From NCBI GenBank assembly GCA_965240325.2, contig OZ251235.1:806001-870000 (forward strand): a stretch of 64,000 bases of DNA. Direction: 5' to 3'. The notes beneath the pieces were generated by a model. That model did not search any database. It worked only from the letters and a program-made list of their open reading frames with translations, and was not told the origin of the DNA. This document shows, piece after piece, positions 18,191 through 30,400 of this stretch; the first letter of the stretch is position 1; the number at the start of each line of letters is the position of its first letter. The position numbers were made by a program, and so were the translations under genes. The DNA is from Rebecca billardiae RCC1528 (lineage: Eukaryota > Protista > Haptophyta).

Positions 18191-21100
18191 TCTCATGCGC
18201 GCGCGCCGATCATCATCATGTGCGCGCGCCGATCATCACTTCGTGCTCAGCGTAACCATCGCATCATCATCCGGGTGCCGAGCGTGCCATCATCGCACAC
18301 ACCTTTCGGCGCGCTTACATGGGCGTACGTGGTGTCTGTGGCCGGGGCGTGGGGGACGACGTCGTCGGCGGGCTGGCGTTGATACCCGCGCGCGCCGATC
18401 ATCATTCGTGCTCCGCGCAACCATCATCATCATTCGGGTGCCGAGTGCGCCATCCTCGCGCGCACCTTTCGGCGCGCTTACATGGGTGTACGTGGTGTCT
18501 GTGGCCGGGGTGTCGGGGACGACGTTGTCGGCGGGCCGGCGTTGATACCTGCGCCGCGTGGCGGCTCTGGCGGATGCAGCTCTCGCCGGTCGGCTGCCAC
18601 TGCAGCGGGGCGCGCGCGCTGCTGGGCGTTTTCGGGCGCGAAAAGCGACGTGGCCCGCTGGCCACCTGCGGCGCTTTCACCTGGCCTTGGTCTTCCTCGC
18701 TCGTCACCTTCTGCGTCGCTCGAGCGCGGACGCGCTCATCATCGTCAATCACCTCCTGTCTATCGCTCGAACCGCTGCTTTCCGTTCCGTTCCGTTTCTA
18801 CGCGCGTTCCTTTCCTCACGCCGAGCGTGCCTGGCCCTTCCCGCCACGCGCCACGCGTTCCTCTCCCATTCCTGTGCCATCTTCCTCACTCATCACCTCC
18901 TGCTTCGCTCGAGCGCTCGAACGTGGTCGCGTTCATCGTCAATCGCCTTGTGCCTCTCGCGCGAGCCGTTGCGGCGAATTCGTCACGCGCGCGCATGGTC
19001 ATGCGCGCGCGCCGATCATCGCGTGACGATCATCATGCGCGCGCACCGACCAGCGCCGATCATCATGCGCGCGCGCCGTCATGCGCGCGCGCCGAGTATC
19101 ATGCGCCGTTTATCATGCGCGCGCTCCGATCCGCCCGCGCGTGCACCGCTCATCGTGCGCGCGCACCGATCGTCATTCGTGCGCCGCACGGCCATCACCA
19201 TTCGCGCACCGTGCGCGTCACCTCGCACGCCCCTTTTCGGCGCGCTTTCACGGGCGCTCGTGCGGTCTGCAGGCGCGTGGTTGACGACGTTGTCGGCAAG
19301 CCGACGTCGATACCTGCGCCTCATGTCGGCTCGGGTGTGTTCCGCGACGGCTCGGGCGCATGCGCTCTCGCCGGCCGGCGGCGGCGGCGGCAGTGCGCGC
19401 GTGCTGCTGGGCGGTTTCGTCGGGCAAGTGGACGGCGTGGCCTGCGGGTCACCTGCAGCGCTTCGCCTGGCCTGTGCCGGCGCGCGACGACGGGCGGGTT
19501 ACGCCAGTGGTCCTGTGGTCCGCCGGTCGCTGCGGGCTCTCGGCGACCTCTGGCAGGGGCTGAGCGCAGTGAGCGCTGGGGGGGAGGGGGGGGGGCACCC
19601 AGTCCGCCGCTCCGCGGCCTCACACCGGCGGCGTGCGGCGTGGTGGTGGGCAGGGCGCTGCGCCTCTGGGGGTCGGGGCCGGGCCTGGCCTCGGCCGCGC
19701 CGGCCGACGCCGGCCACGCCGGCGTGGCGCCTGGCGCTGCGCCTCTTTGGGCGGGCGCTGCCTCGCCGCCCTGCCCCCCCCCGTGGCGACTGGCGGCCCC
19801 AGGCAACCCCTGCATCCGCCTATCGTAAACACCGGATCGCCAGAAGGAGCGCGACGCGCGCGCGGTTATGGGGCGATGGCCGACGCGACGGGAGTGGTGG
19901 GTTTGGCAGTCCGCGGCGGTTATCGCGTTATGACTGCCGCGTCGCTGCTCCGCCGCCGCCCGTGCCCCTCCCCGCTAGGTGGGCGTATACCTGGCCGGAC
20001 GCGGGCTCGGCGCTCGCAGCGGCATCGCCGGAGTGACCGCACGGTGACGAGATGTGAGTCGGAAGCAGCTCGCCTTTGCGGCGCGGGTACCAAGCGGAAA
20101 GTGAGCGTACCTGCAGGCGGGCCGACCCTCGGCGTGACAGGCGCACCTTCGGGGCCGGTCAGGGCAGCCCACGTCGTGCAGCCGACCGCTTCCGCCGCGA
20201 CTGCCCCCCGGCGCACCCTGCCCCGGCCGACGCCTGAGCACAGCGGCCCCGCCCGGGCCCGGGGCCCCCGGGCGGCAGGCCGCGGCGGCGCCGGCACACT
20301 CACGGACAGCCAGCGGCGCTCCTCCGCCTCCCGCCCGCCCTCCCTGGCGTGGGATCGCCGCGCTGGGGTGGGTGCGGCTTGAGTCAGCGTCCACGGGGGG
20401 GGCGATGTGCTGCCGGGCGGGCGCTGCCTCGCCGCCCTGCCCCCCCCCGTGGCGACTGGCGGCCCCAGGCAACCCCTGCATCCGCCTATCGTAAACACCG
20501 GATCGCCAGAAGGAGCGCGACGCGCGCGCGGTGCGTCTCGGAGATCTCCTTCGGACACTCCGCTGGTTGGTTGCGCTCCGCTGCCGCCCGCGCGCGCTAA
20601 AATTCATTCTTTAAAATAGGGTTTTCAGTGCACGAAGAACCAAGCGAAGAACATGACTCCAACGGGCAAAAAAGAGCAAAATCAACAGATTTGCGGAGCT
20701 TCCCGTAGGCTATGAAGGGCACGGTGCAGGCGAGTGATGCGGGCGCTCCATGGCCATGTCGGCCGTCGCGGATGGCGTCAACGCACGCCACATGCTCAAG
20801 ACACATGCTCACTCGCACACACTTGGGTTGGGCGGGGCGAGACCGCGCTCGCGCAGCCGATCGACACTCAACGACGCTTGTGCGTTGCGACTGCTTTGAC
20901 ACAGCGAACGGCAGGGTGCAGACTCGAGATGTGAGGGTCATGCGGGCTTGGACTCGTAGCCAGTACCCACTGGCGGCAGCCTGCATGCCGCGCGTACTCG
21001 TCCGGACGCGAACTCGTACATCGAGCGGCCAAACTGCTGCGCGAGTCGCCGCCCCAAGTCACAAGCTCGCCATGGATCGCAGAGCCCGCGTAATCTCGGC

Positions 21101-22074
21101 GCTGTACGGATAACGGGCTCCGGGCTTGGGACGTCAACCCCCGAGATCGGTCTCGCAGCGGCCCGGACACGATGGCGCGCCCACGAGAGGCGCGCGTGCG
21201 CCCGCCTACCGGCGCTGCAGGCCGGCGCGGCTGATCGGCGCGGTCCACAGGACACGTGGGCACCGCGCGCGCCTCTTTTCCTGTCCTCTCGCGCTCCTCG
21301 CCGCGCGCAGTAGCCCGCTGCCAAGCCATCAACGCCTGCCAAGCGAGCCGGCGCGCGCACCAAGGGCGCGCGCTCGGCGCGGATAGGGCCAATTAAGGTC
21401 GGGGCACGGCATGGGCGAGTGGGCACGCATGTTATACACCGCTCGGGCGCACGCGTCCGGCGTTCTGCGCGCGCCCTTGCCACTGGCAAGTGCTCGCGCA
21501 CTGCGCGCGTAACTCACGAATGGTGCACCTCGCGGCAGCCCGCAGGGTATGCTCTGCATGGAGGCATCCTTCGCTTCCCAGCGGGCGAATCGGTGCCAGC
21601 CGCAGCCTGGGGGTCGTCTGTGAGTACCCCGGTCCAAGATGCCCCATGGGCACGCTGATACGGGTGCTATGTCGTCGATGCTGCCGAGGAGTGCCGAGCG
21701 GCTCTGCTCTGTGACGTCCCGGCACATGGGCCTTGTCGACTCTCGACCTTCCGCTCCGAGTTCATCACGCCAGACGCAGGCGATGCCGCTGTGCACGCTC
21801 GCGTTCGACCACTTCGTACCCACCAGACTGGCCCTTCTGTCTCTGTTGGCGTAGGTGGCGTGCGCGCGCGCGCGCGTGCCGCCTGCCACAGTACAGTAGA
21901 CGTAGTCGGTGCCGCGGACGCGGTGGCCGTGGGCCGCGTAGCGACCTGCTCGGATAGTCGTAGTCGCTTTAAAATAAGACTGCACAGCCTGGTTGATTTA
22001 CATATACATCGTCATCATCACTGCGCGATTTGCTGATGCATCAGTGTCATCAGCGCTCATCATCACCTACATTT

Positions 22075-23070
22075 ATCGGTACAGTAGTTTAAGCGGGCAG
22101 CGGCGCGCCAAAGCGACAGTACGCGCGCCGTGCAGAGGTGAGCTCGGGCACGACAGACGGTCCGCGCGCGTCTCCGTCTTGACCGAGAACTTCCTCGCGG
22201 TGGCGATGGCGGACTCGTGCTTGGCCGCCGCCTGCCGTGGCGTGATCTCGCTCGACGACGCACCCGGAGGCGGTGACGCGCACGGGCAGGCGCTGCTCGC
22301 ATGCCCGTTCCTCACCCAGTCGCAGATGCCGAGCGCGCGGCATGCGGAGCACTGTGCCAGCGCTGGCGCGGGGCACGCGCGCGCGCTCGCGCTGCCGCCA
22401 TCGCCCGCGCCGGACTTCTTCGTCTTCCTCTAGGTGGGCGTCGAGCCCATCGACGGCGGTTCCATCTCTCGCCGCTGCTGCCGTACCCGCGTGCTCTGCG
22501 GGCGCGGCCGCGGCCGGCGGCGCCGGCACCTCGAGACCAGGCAAGAGGCGTGCCGTGGCCGCGACGAGCGCGGGCATCAGGTCGCCAGCCGTCACCTGGC
22601 CGTCGAGAGGCTTGAGCGCATCCTTGTGCGCCGCCGACAGCGCGCACACCGCCGGGCGTACGAGCAGCTGCCGCACGGCGCACACAGCTGTCGCGGGCTG
22701 GCTGCATCCACATCACATTTCGAAACACCCGCTTCCGCTCGGCGCCAGCGCCGCGCCACTCAACCGCGGTTTCGATCGAGCGGAAGTGGGCGGGCTCGCG
22801 GACCACCTCGAAGCCGACGATGAGGCCGAGCGCATCTGCGGCGCCGGGAAGCAGGAACCCGCCGGTGCCCTTGCATTTGGCCGGCGTCGGGAACCAATCC
22901 GCCACGCGCACAGCATGGAGCGCAATCGCTCCAGGAGCGGGCGCGCCTGCGAAGCGGAGGTCGCCCCCAGCACCGGCTGTGAAGCGGGCAGTGTACACGG
23001 ACAGCGCGCCGTCCTCGTGCGCGAGGATCACGCCGTCTGGGAGGCCGTCAGTCAGAATGACGCGCGCCAT
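22075..23070 (-). pseudogene. Possible frameshifted gene of unknown function
   Basis: Coding-like peptide switches frame near 22685 and again near 22440 (TAG at 22430-32); the last segment reads CSACRALGICDWVRNGHASSAC. Confidence 0.3.
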
Positions 23071-23546
23071 GCCCGCCGCAGCGGCGCAGCGCCTGCGACG
23101 GCACGCCTGGCCTGACGCCGTTGGCGCAGAGGCGGCGCGCCGGACTCACCTCCCGGACGGCACCCCCCCCTGGGGAGGGTTGCCGTCCGGGAGGCGCATT
23201 CTCTCCGGACTGGTTCGGGGGTTAACGCCCCAAGCTCCGGGTGATCAGGCTGGCGGCCGAAGCCTCCAGCCCTACCCTGGCCAGCCCCCTCCAGTCGCGC
23301 TGGATTGTGAGATGCAGATCGACGTCTACTCTGCTGATGAGAACTTTACTGGTATTACAGCAGGAGTATGGGGTAGTAGTAGTACCTGTTTACCTGTGAT
23401 ACCAGGGCAGTGACCGGGCGTTAACCGTACGCCATAGTCATCAGGTGGGCGCGAAATCGCTTTGATGAGCTTCTCGACGTTGACGCGCTGTTGCGACGAC
23501 TCTCCAGCCTGCCCGACTCGCGAGCCGACACAGACGTACGTACGCC

Positions 23547-26083
23547 GTGATGCTCGGGCCGGTGAGCCCGCAGAGGCAGTTTGCGCCCATTTCGCCCAGC
23601 AGGAACCGGCCGCCATTGGCTGTGCAGGCGCCGAACGGCCTGCTGGTATCGCCGTTCCCCTCGCCGACCGCCTCGCCGACCGCCCCACCTCGCCCCGGCG
23701 GCGCGGACCTGCGTGGGCCGGACGGGAGCGAGGCGAGCGGCGACGAGGACGCGGCGGATGTGATCCAGGTCGACATGCCCACAGGGCTGAGCCGGCGCAT
23801 CTCGATCACAGGGACGCGCGCGTCCGATCGGCCCGGCTTCTCGACCGCCGCGTCGGACGCCCTTCAGAATCTGCAGCAGCTCGACAACCTCATGCGCGAG
23901 CAGTTGGCGGACTCGCGCAGCTCTCGGTCCGCCGCAGACGACGACGCCAAGCGACGTCTGGTCGAGGACGTCACGGAGGCGCTGCATCGCCCGCTCGAGC
24001 AGCGCAGCGACGAGGAGAACGAGCTGCTGCGCACGTGGGTCCGCACGCTCGACCTCAAGGACGAGCGCATGCAAGCCCTGCGGAAGAACCACGTGGACGC
24101 GCTCGTGAATGCGATGGCGGTCAGCGCGCACAAGCCGGGGGCGGTGCTCTTCCGGCAGGACGCGACGGGCGACGACATGCACATCGTGATGACGGGCGCG
24201 ATCGGCATGTTTCGCCGGGCAGATGGCAAGCCCGATATGGCCAAGGCCATCGCCGACGCGCACAAAATGGCCAGATTCGAGGCGGACGAGGACGGCTCAG
24301 GCGCGCGTGTCGACTTGCTGTGAGCGCGACGACGCTGCGAGCGAACGAAGGCGCACCCACCCCTAGCGGTTGATCTCGACGCGATAGCACTGCTACTGCT
24401 CACGCGTGCGCGCGCCTGCCGGTGCCCTCCCCACCCTGCCACCGCTCGCAGGGAGCAGATCGTGTCCAAGCACGGCCCGGCTTTGGCCGTGTGCCATGCG
24501 GGGGACCAGTTTGGGGAGCTGGCCGCCATCTACGAGCAGCCGCGCGCTGCGAGCGCCGTCGTCGTCAAGGCTGCCACGGTGCGCGCGAGAGCGCCCGCGC
24601 GTCAGCGTCTGGCACGCGCGGCGGCTCACACCGAGGGCGCGGCCGCTCGTCACGCGCTCGCGCGTGCGCGTCGCAGGTGGTGGTCGTGCACTTCCGCAAC
24701 CTGCTGGCCCTGGTGCGCAAGGGCAAGCAGAGCAGCGCATCCGCGAACCTCGCCTTCCTGCAGTCGGTGCCGCAGCTCGCGGCCGCCGAGAACGCGGAGC
24801 TGAGCAGGCTGCAGTACCGGATGAAGGTGGCCACGCTCGCGCCGAACAGCACGGTGCTCAAGGCGGGCACGCCGGCCAACACCGTCGTGATCGTGCGCAA
24901 GGGCGCGGTGTGCGTGCGGCTGCATGGTAACGCGAGGTTTGGCACGCCGAGCGGCCACTCGTGGGACGAGCGGCTGGAGCGCGACATCGGCGTGTACGGC
25001 AGCAAGACGCTGCTCGGCGAGCTGTCGAGCAACCGGACCAACCACTTCACCGTCGTCACCGCCTCCGAGTGCGAGCTGCTCGCCGTCGAGCGCGACGAGT
25101 TCTTCCGGACTCTGGGTCCGAGCACACTCGAGGCGTGCAAGAAGCAGCACGATGAGCGCTGGCGGCACTGGCTCGACCAGCTGCAGCGCTCGGCGCGCGC
25201 GGTGGCGAGGGTGATGTACGAGGCGCACGCGAGTGCTGCGGCCGCCGGCGCGAAGTCGGGCGACTCCTCGGCCGCTGGCTGGGTGGCGGCGGCCACCGCC
25301 TCGCCTGCCCGCCACGCGCACATCGCGCCCCCGCTGCCACCACCGCAGCACGGCCGGGCCCGGTCCGCCTCCACGCCAAACAGGGCCGTGGCGCCTCTGC
25401 TGCCGCCGGTGATCAGCCGCAAGTCGTCCGCGCCGGCGGCGCCCTCGGCGCACGATGCGCGCAAGCTTGCGCCACCGAGCGCGGTGAGCCACGCGCCGCC
25501 CAGCAGGCGGCCTAGTGCGACGTTGGCAGCAGCGCTCGTCTCGGCGCAGAGCCAGCCGTGGCGCGGCGTCGGCGTGCGCTACGACGCACACGTGCAGGCG
25601 TACGTGCGGACAGCCGAGGCGCCGATCGGCGGCGCTGCGGGCGCGAGCGCGGCGCGCAGAGCGGAGGGCGTGCTTCGCGGGAGCAGTGCAGCGCCTCCCA
25701 AGCGAGCCACCACGGCCAGCTCGCCCCATCGGCCGGCGCGCTCCTCGGCCCCTGCTGGGGCGACGACGGCGGCAAGCACCGAGGGCGACGGCGGTGCGGC
25801 GCGTGCGGCGCGGCTGCTGCCCGGCACCGTCTCTGTCTCCGCGCACGGATCCTCGGCGCTCCTGGCCCCGCGGCTGCGGCGCCTCTCCAGCCCACCATGT
25901 GTCGTGCCGCAGCCTCAGCAGCCGACCATCATCCGCGCCGACCAGCTCGTTGCGCATCCTGTGACAGCGGCGCTGGCTACTTCGGTGCGCCGCCCATCCA
26001 CCAGCGCGGCGCTGCCGCTGGGCATGCACTCGACGCTGCCAAGGCGCATGAGCTGCAACTTGAGTAGGCAGCAGCAGCAGTAG
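23547..26083 (+). CDS. Cyclic-nucleotide-binding domain protein with two cNMP domains, 3 exons
   Basis: Exons 23547-24319, 24452-24578 and 24677-26083 join in frame across GT-AG introns. LFRQDATGDDMHIVMTG..FGELAAIYEQPRAAS, then a second domain with LLGEL..FTVVTASECELLAVERDEF. Confidence 0.8.
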
Positions 26084-26788
26084 CGGCAAGCGCCAAGCTA
26101 GAGGCAGAGCAGTCATCGCGTCGGACGACCAGCTGATGAGTAATCACTGATGACGCGGTTTGAGAATAGGTAGCATCATCATCAGCAGCGCACAATATAT
26201 ATATATAGATAGATGCGCTGATGATGTCGTATATATATCTGCTGAGTCGTCATCGCCGGTCGTGCGCCAGCGCCGTCAGCAGTCAGTCCGCGGATGTACT
26301 CATTCTGCTATGATTATTTATAACGACACAGGTATAGGACGACGCGGGTCTCCTGCTGATTCGTCGGCGGCAGTGCCCGATCGTCGACACGTGAAGTCGG
26401 CGCGTTGGTGGCAGAGCATGGATCATCCAGTAGTGACGATGATTTAATTTTTCGGATAGCGCCTGCTGACACTCGTCCTCCTCACAGTAGAGTCAGTATA
26501 GTCACGACTCATCACACACTCGTGAGTCGTGACTCGGCGAGGAGGAGTGTGTATGCGTGTGTGCTGCGAGGTGCGAGCGAGCGTGTATGCGTGTGTGTGA
26601 TGTGCGTGCGCGCGTGCTCGCGCGTACGTGCAGCCCGTGTGCGTGCCCGCTATCAGCGGGCGAGCGATACACGCAGACGATCTTTGTCTTCGGGTGACAC
26701 TCACCTACTTGAGCCGGGTGAGCGTCGTGGTGGTACAGCACCTCAGGTAGTCCACCAGGCGGCACTTACACGTGTCGTGCGTGAGGCC

Positions 26789-27095
26789 CTACATGAGGAC
26801 GTCGGCCACGATGTCCAGGGAGTTCACAAAGGACACATCGATCTGACCGGCTTCGACGCAGTCGCAGACGCGGTGGTAGCGGATCTCGATGTGCTTGGTG
26901 TGCTTGCGCACGGGCTGGTTCACGGCGAGGTTGATCGCGCCGGTGTTGTCCGCGCGGATCTTGGTCGGAATCTTGGTGTCGATCAGCTTGAGACGGACAG
27001 TATGTTGCGCATGTACGCGACTGGCTTTCAACTTGCCCGTGTCCGACTGCGCCATGAACTCGGCCTCGCAGGAGGAGAGAGCGATGGTACACTGG
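26789..27095 (-). mobile_element. Ty1/copia RNase H relic; possible 3' LTR remnant at ~26467-26699
   Basis: TIALSSCEAEFMA...DNTGAINLAVN...HTKHIEIRYH...ADVL, the classic copia RNase H motifs. A purine-rich tract followed by TGTCA lies at 26699 on the - strand. Confidence 0.85.
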
Positions 27096-27200
27096 AACGC
27101 TCCCCGACGCCGACTGTGCGCGTGTTAGGCCGCGCCGCCGCCGGCCGCCGCTCATCATCGGGGCCACGCTCGGCGCCCGTGGCGGCGCTGCTGGCGCCCC

Positions 27201-27393
27201 CTAGTCGTCCCTAGGGGCCACCGGCGCCACCACAGCGAGCCGCCGCCGCTTGCGCCGGCTCCACAGCAGCGCCGCGCATGCGCACGCGCACAGCAGCGCC
27301 GCCACTCCGGCGGCGACACCGATGGCGACGACTGTCTGGTCGCCGACGCGGGCAGCGCCAGCCGCCTCGGCGCCCGCGCCGGCCGCCGCGCCG

Positions 27394-27445
<52 letters not shown>

Positions 27446-30400
27446 TGCCGCCCTCGTCGTCGGACGAGGTGCCAGGGCCCTCGGCATACACCACCTTGAC
27501 CACCTTGGTCACGGCCATCGCGAGCACGCTCGCGCCCGTCGCCTCCTGCACGGCCTGCTCGATCGCCTCGGCGCTGCTGAGCACCAGCTCGGCGAGCGCC
27601 TCGACGGTGGGCGCGGGCGAGCGCTCTGTGTGCAGGACGTCGAAGACGACGGTGGTGCTGCCGCCCAGCACGGCGAGGATCTCGACGTCGCTCGCGCTCA
27701 GGTTGAGGCCGTCCGCCACGCCCTGCTGGAACGTGCCGCGCTGCGCCTGGCCCGCGTCCGACGTGGCATCCCAGTCGCTTGGGTCGCTGTCCATCGTCAG
27801 TTGCGCGCGCACGCGCTCCACGCCCGGGTCGCCCGTCAAGGGCGGGAGCGGCGGCGGCGCGGGCGGCGGGCTGGGCGGTGGGCGCGGGCTGGGCGGCGGT
27901 GGTGGCGGCGGCGCGGGCGGCGGTGGCGAGGGTGGTGGCGCCGGTGGCGGCGGTAACGGTGGCGGTGGCGGCGGCGCGGGCGGCGGCGGCGACGGAGGCG
28001 GTGACGGTGGCGAGGGCGGCGGCGCTCTCGGTGGCGGCGACGGCGGCGTGGGCGGCGGCCGCGGCTGCGTGCGCGGCGGCGGCGGCGGCGACGCGGGCGG
28101 CGGCGGTGGCGGCGGCGGAGACGGCGGCGCGGGTGGCGGAGGCGACGGCGGCGGCGGTGGCGGCGCGGGCGGCGGCGGCGGCGGCTGCGGCGAGGGCGGC
28201 GAGGGCGGCGGGCGCGGGCTGGGCGGCGGTGGTGGCGGCGGCGCGGGCGGCGGCGGCGAGGGCGGTGGCGCCGGTGGCGGCGGTGACGGTGGCGGTGGCG
28301 GCGGCGCGGGCGGCGGCGGCGAGGGCGGCGGTGGCGGCGGCGAGGGCGGCGGCGCTCTCGGTGGCGGCGACGGCGGCGTGGGCGGCGGCCGCGGCTGCGT
28401 GCGCGGCGGCGGCGGCGGCGACGCGGGCGGCGGCGGTGGCGGCGGCGGAGACGGCGGCGCGGGTGGCGGAGGCGACGGCGGCGGCGGTGGCGGCGCGGGC
28501 GGCGGCGGCTGTGGCGGCTGCGGCGGCGGCGAGGGCGGCGGGCGCGGGCTGGGCGGCGGTAGTGGCGGCGGCGCGGGCGGCGGCGGCGAGGGCGGTGGCG
28601 CCGGAGGCGGGGGTGTCGGTGACGGCGGCGGCGGCGCGGGCGGCGGCGGCGAGGGCGGCGGTGGCGGTGGCGAGGGCGGCGGCGCGGGCGGTGGCGGCGA
28701 AGGCGGCATGGGCGGCGGCGACGGGCTCGGCGGCGGCGGCGAGTGCACCTGCACCAGATCGAACGCGCCCTCGAGGTTGTCAAAGTGCGAGGCGTCCGCG
28801 TTTGTGCCGCACTCGGTCGCGACGGCCGCATTGGCGTTCGCTCGATCCTGCAGCGCAACGCGGAGCACAGCCGCGCCGGCGCAGCGGCCGTCGGGCGGCG
28901 CGACGCGCAGCTCGATCGAGTCGGCGTTCACCGCGGACATGCGCAGCGCGCCGGGCGCGTACACCACCGCGTGCGCCTCCTCGAACGGCCCGCCGTCCCA
29001 CGCGAGCAGCAGCTTCACGCTCAGCCCGTGCCATGACGTGTACCCGCCAGCAGCGGGCATGAACTGCCACGACACGCGCAGTGCGCCGGGCGCGCCGGGC
29101 GCGGTGGCGAGCGTGAGCGAGACGAGCCGGTCGCCCCAGTCAGAGCGCAGGCACGCCGAGCCGGGCAGCAGCTCGATGAACGTGTGCGGCGAACTCGCGA
29201 GCGTCACCGCCGCGCACGCGGGCGGCGCGGGCGGCGGGCACGGCGGAGCGCGCGGCGCGGGCGGCGCGGGCGGCGCGGGCGGCGGGCCGGGCGGTGGCCG
29301 GGGTGGCAGCGGCGGCGGCGCGGGCGGCGGCGGTGGCGGTGGCGACGGGCTCGGCGGCGGCGGCGGCGGCGGCGACGGGCTCGGCGGCGGCGGCGGCGGC
29401 GGTGACGGGCTCGGCGGTGGCGGCGACGGAGGACTCGGGCAGCCAGCGACGGTGAGCTCATACCAGCCCTCGTCTGACGAGAAGCCCTCGACGAGCGCGT
29501 AGTACGTCGCGCCGGCGGGCACGGCGACGCTGAGATACGAGGCGAGGTCGCAGCTGCCGTCGTCGTCCGCCGCGACCTCCGACGTGCCACTATTGTATGG
29601 GCAGCCGTCGTACAAGCGCAGGTACGTGTCGAACGATGAGCCGCACGTGTCGAGCGTCGCCTCCCAGCCAGACGACCCGCCCTCGAGGGCGTACACGTGC
29701 TCCCCAGACGAGTAGCCCACGAGGTCCGGAGCGCCAATCGTGCTGCCGCTCGCGGGCGCGGCGCATGACAGCGGGCCGCGCGACACGGCGCACGCCGGCG
29801 GTGGCTGCGGCGGGCTTGGCGGCGCGGGCGGGCTTGGCGGCGCGCTCGGCGGCGTCGGCGGCGTGGGCGGCGACGGCGGCGGCGATGGCTCCGCGCGCAC
29901 AATCGCAAACTCGCCCTCGAGATTGTCGTAGTGCGAGCCGTCGTGCGCCGACGCGCACTCGCCGTCGACGCGGTCGGTCGGGCTCGCGCGGTCCTCGAGC
30001 GACACGCGCACCGCCGCGCGCTCGGCGCACGCGCTCGGCGGCATCGCGTACACCCACGCGTCTGTATTGAGCGCGTCGAGCTCGAGCTCGGCCGGCGCGT
30101 ACTCGCGGCGCAGCACGGGCGCAAAGTCGGAATCGCCGAGCGCCACTGCGATCTGCACGCTCACGCCGTGCGCCTCGGTGAATGTGCCGCTGCGCACGGG
30201 CACGAAGCGCCACTCGATGCGCAGCTTGCCAGCGATGTCCGTCGGCGCGAGGGCAAATGACTCCAGCCGGTCGTCAGCGCGCGCGCCGCGGCAGCACGCC
30301 GAGCCTGGCAGCAGGCCGTCGAAAGCACCGCCGCGGACGGCCACGCCGGAGCAGAGTGGCGGCGCCGGCGGCAGCGGCGGTGGCGGTGGCGGCGGCGGCG

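Larger units (their letters stand above)
15652..20532. mobile_element. Non-autonomous split-direct-repeat element (TOC1/PAT/Ngaro-like tyrosine-recombinase retrotransposon derivative)
   Basis: A1 15652-16114 = A2 19869-20331 (463 bp); B1 19749-19866 = B2 20415-20532 (118 bp); order A..B-A-unique-B; no TSD; no RT/YR ORF. Confidence 0.75.

Noticed and set aside
17278-20036. Long ORFs inside the split-repeat element
   Set aside because: They are translations of tandem repeats and GC-rich DNA, with no gag, RT, RNase H or recombinase motifs.
15652-20331. Canonical LTR retrotransposon with 463-bp LTRs
   Set aside because: There is no CA end, TSD or PBS, and the extra B repeats fit split direct repeats better.
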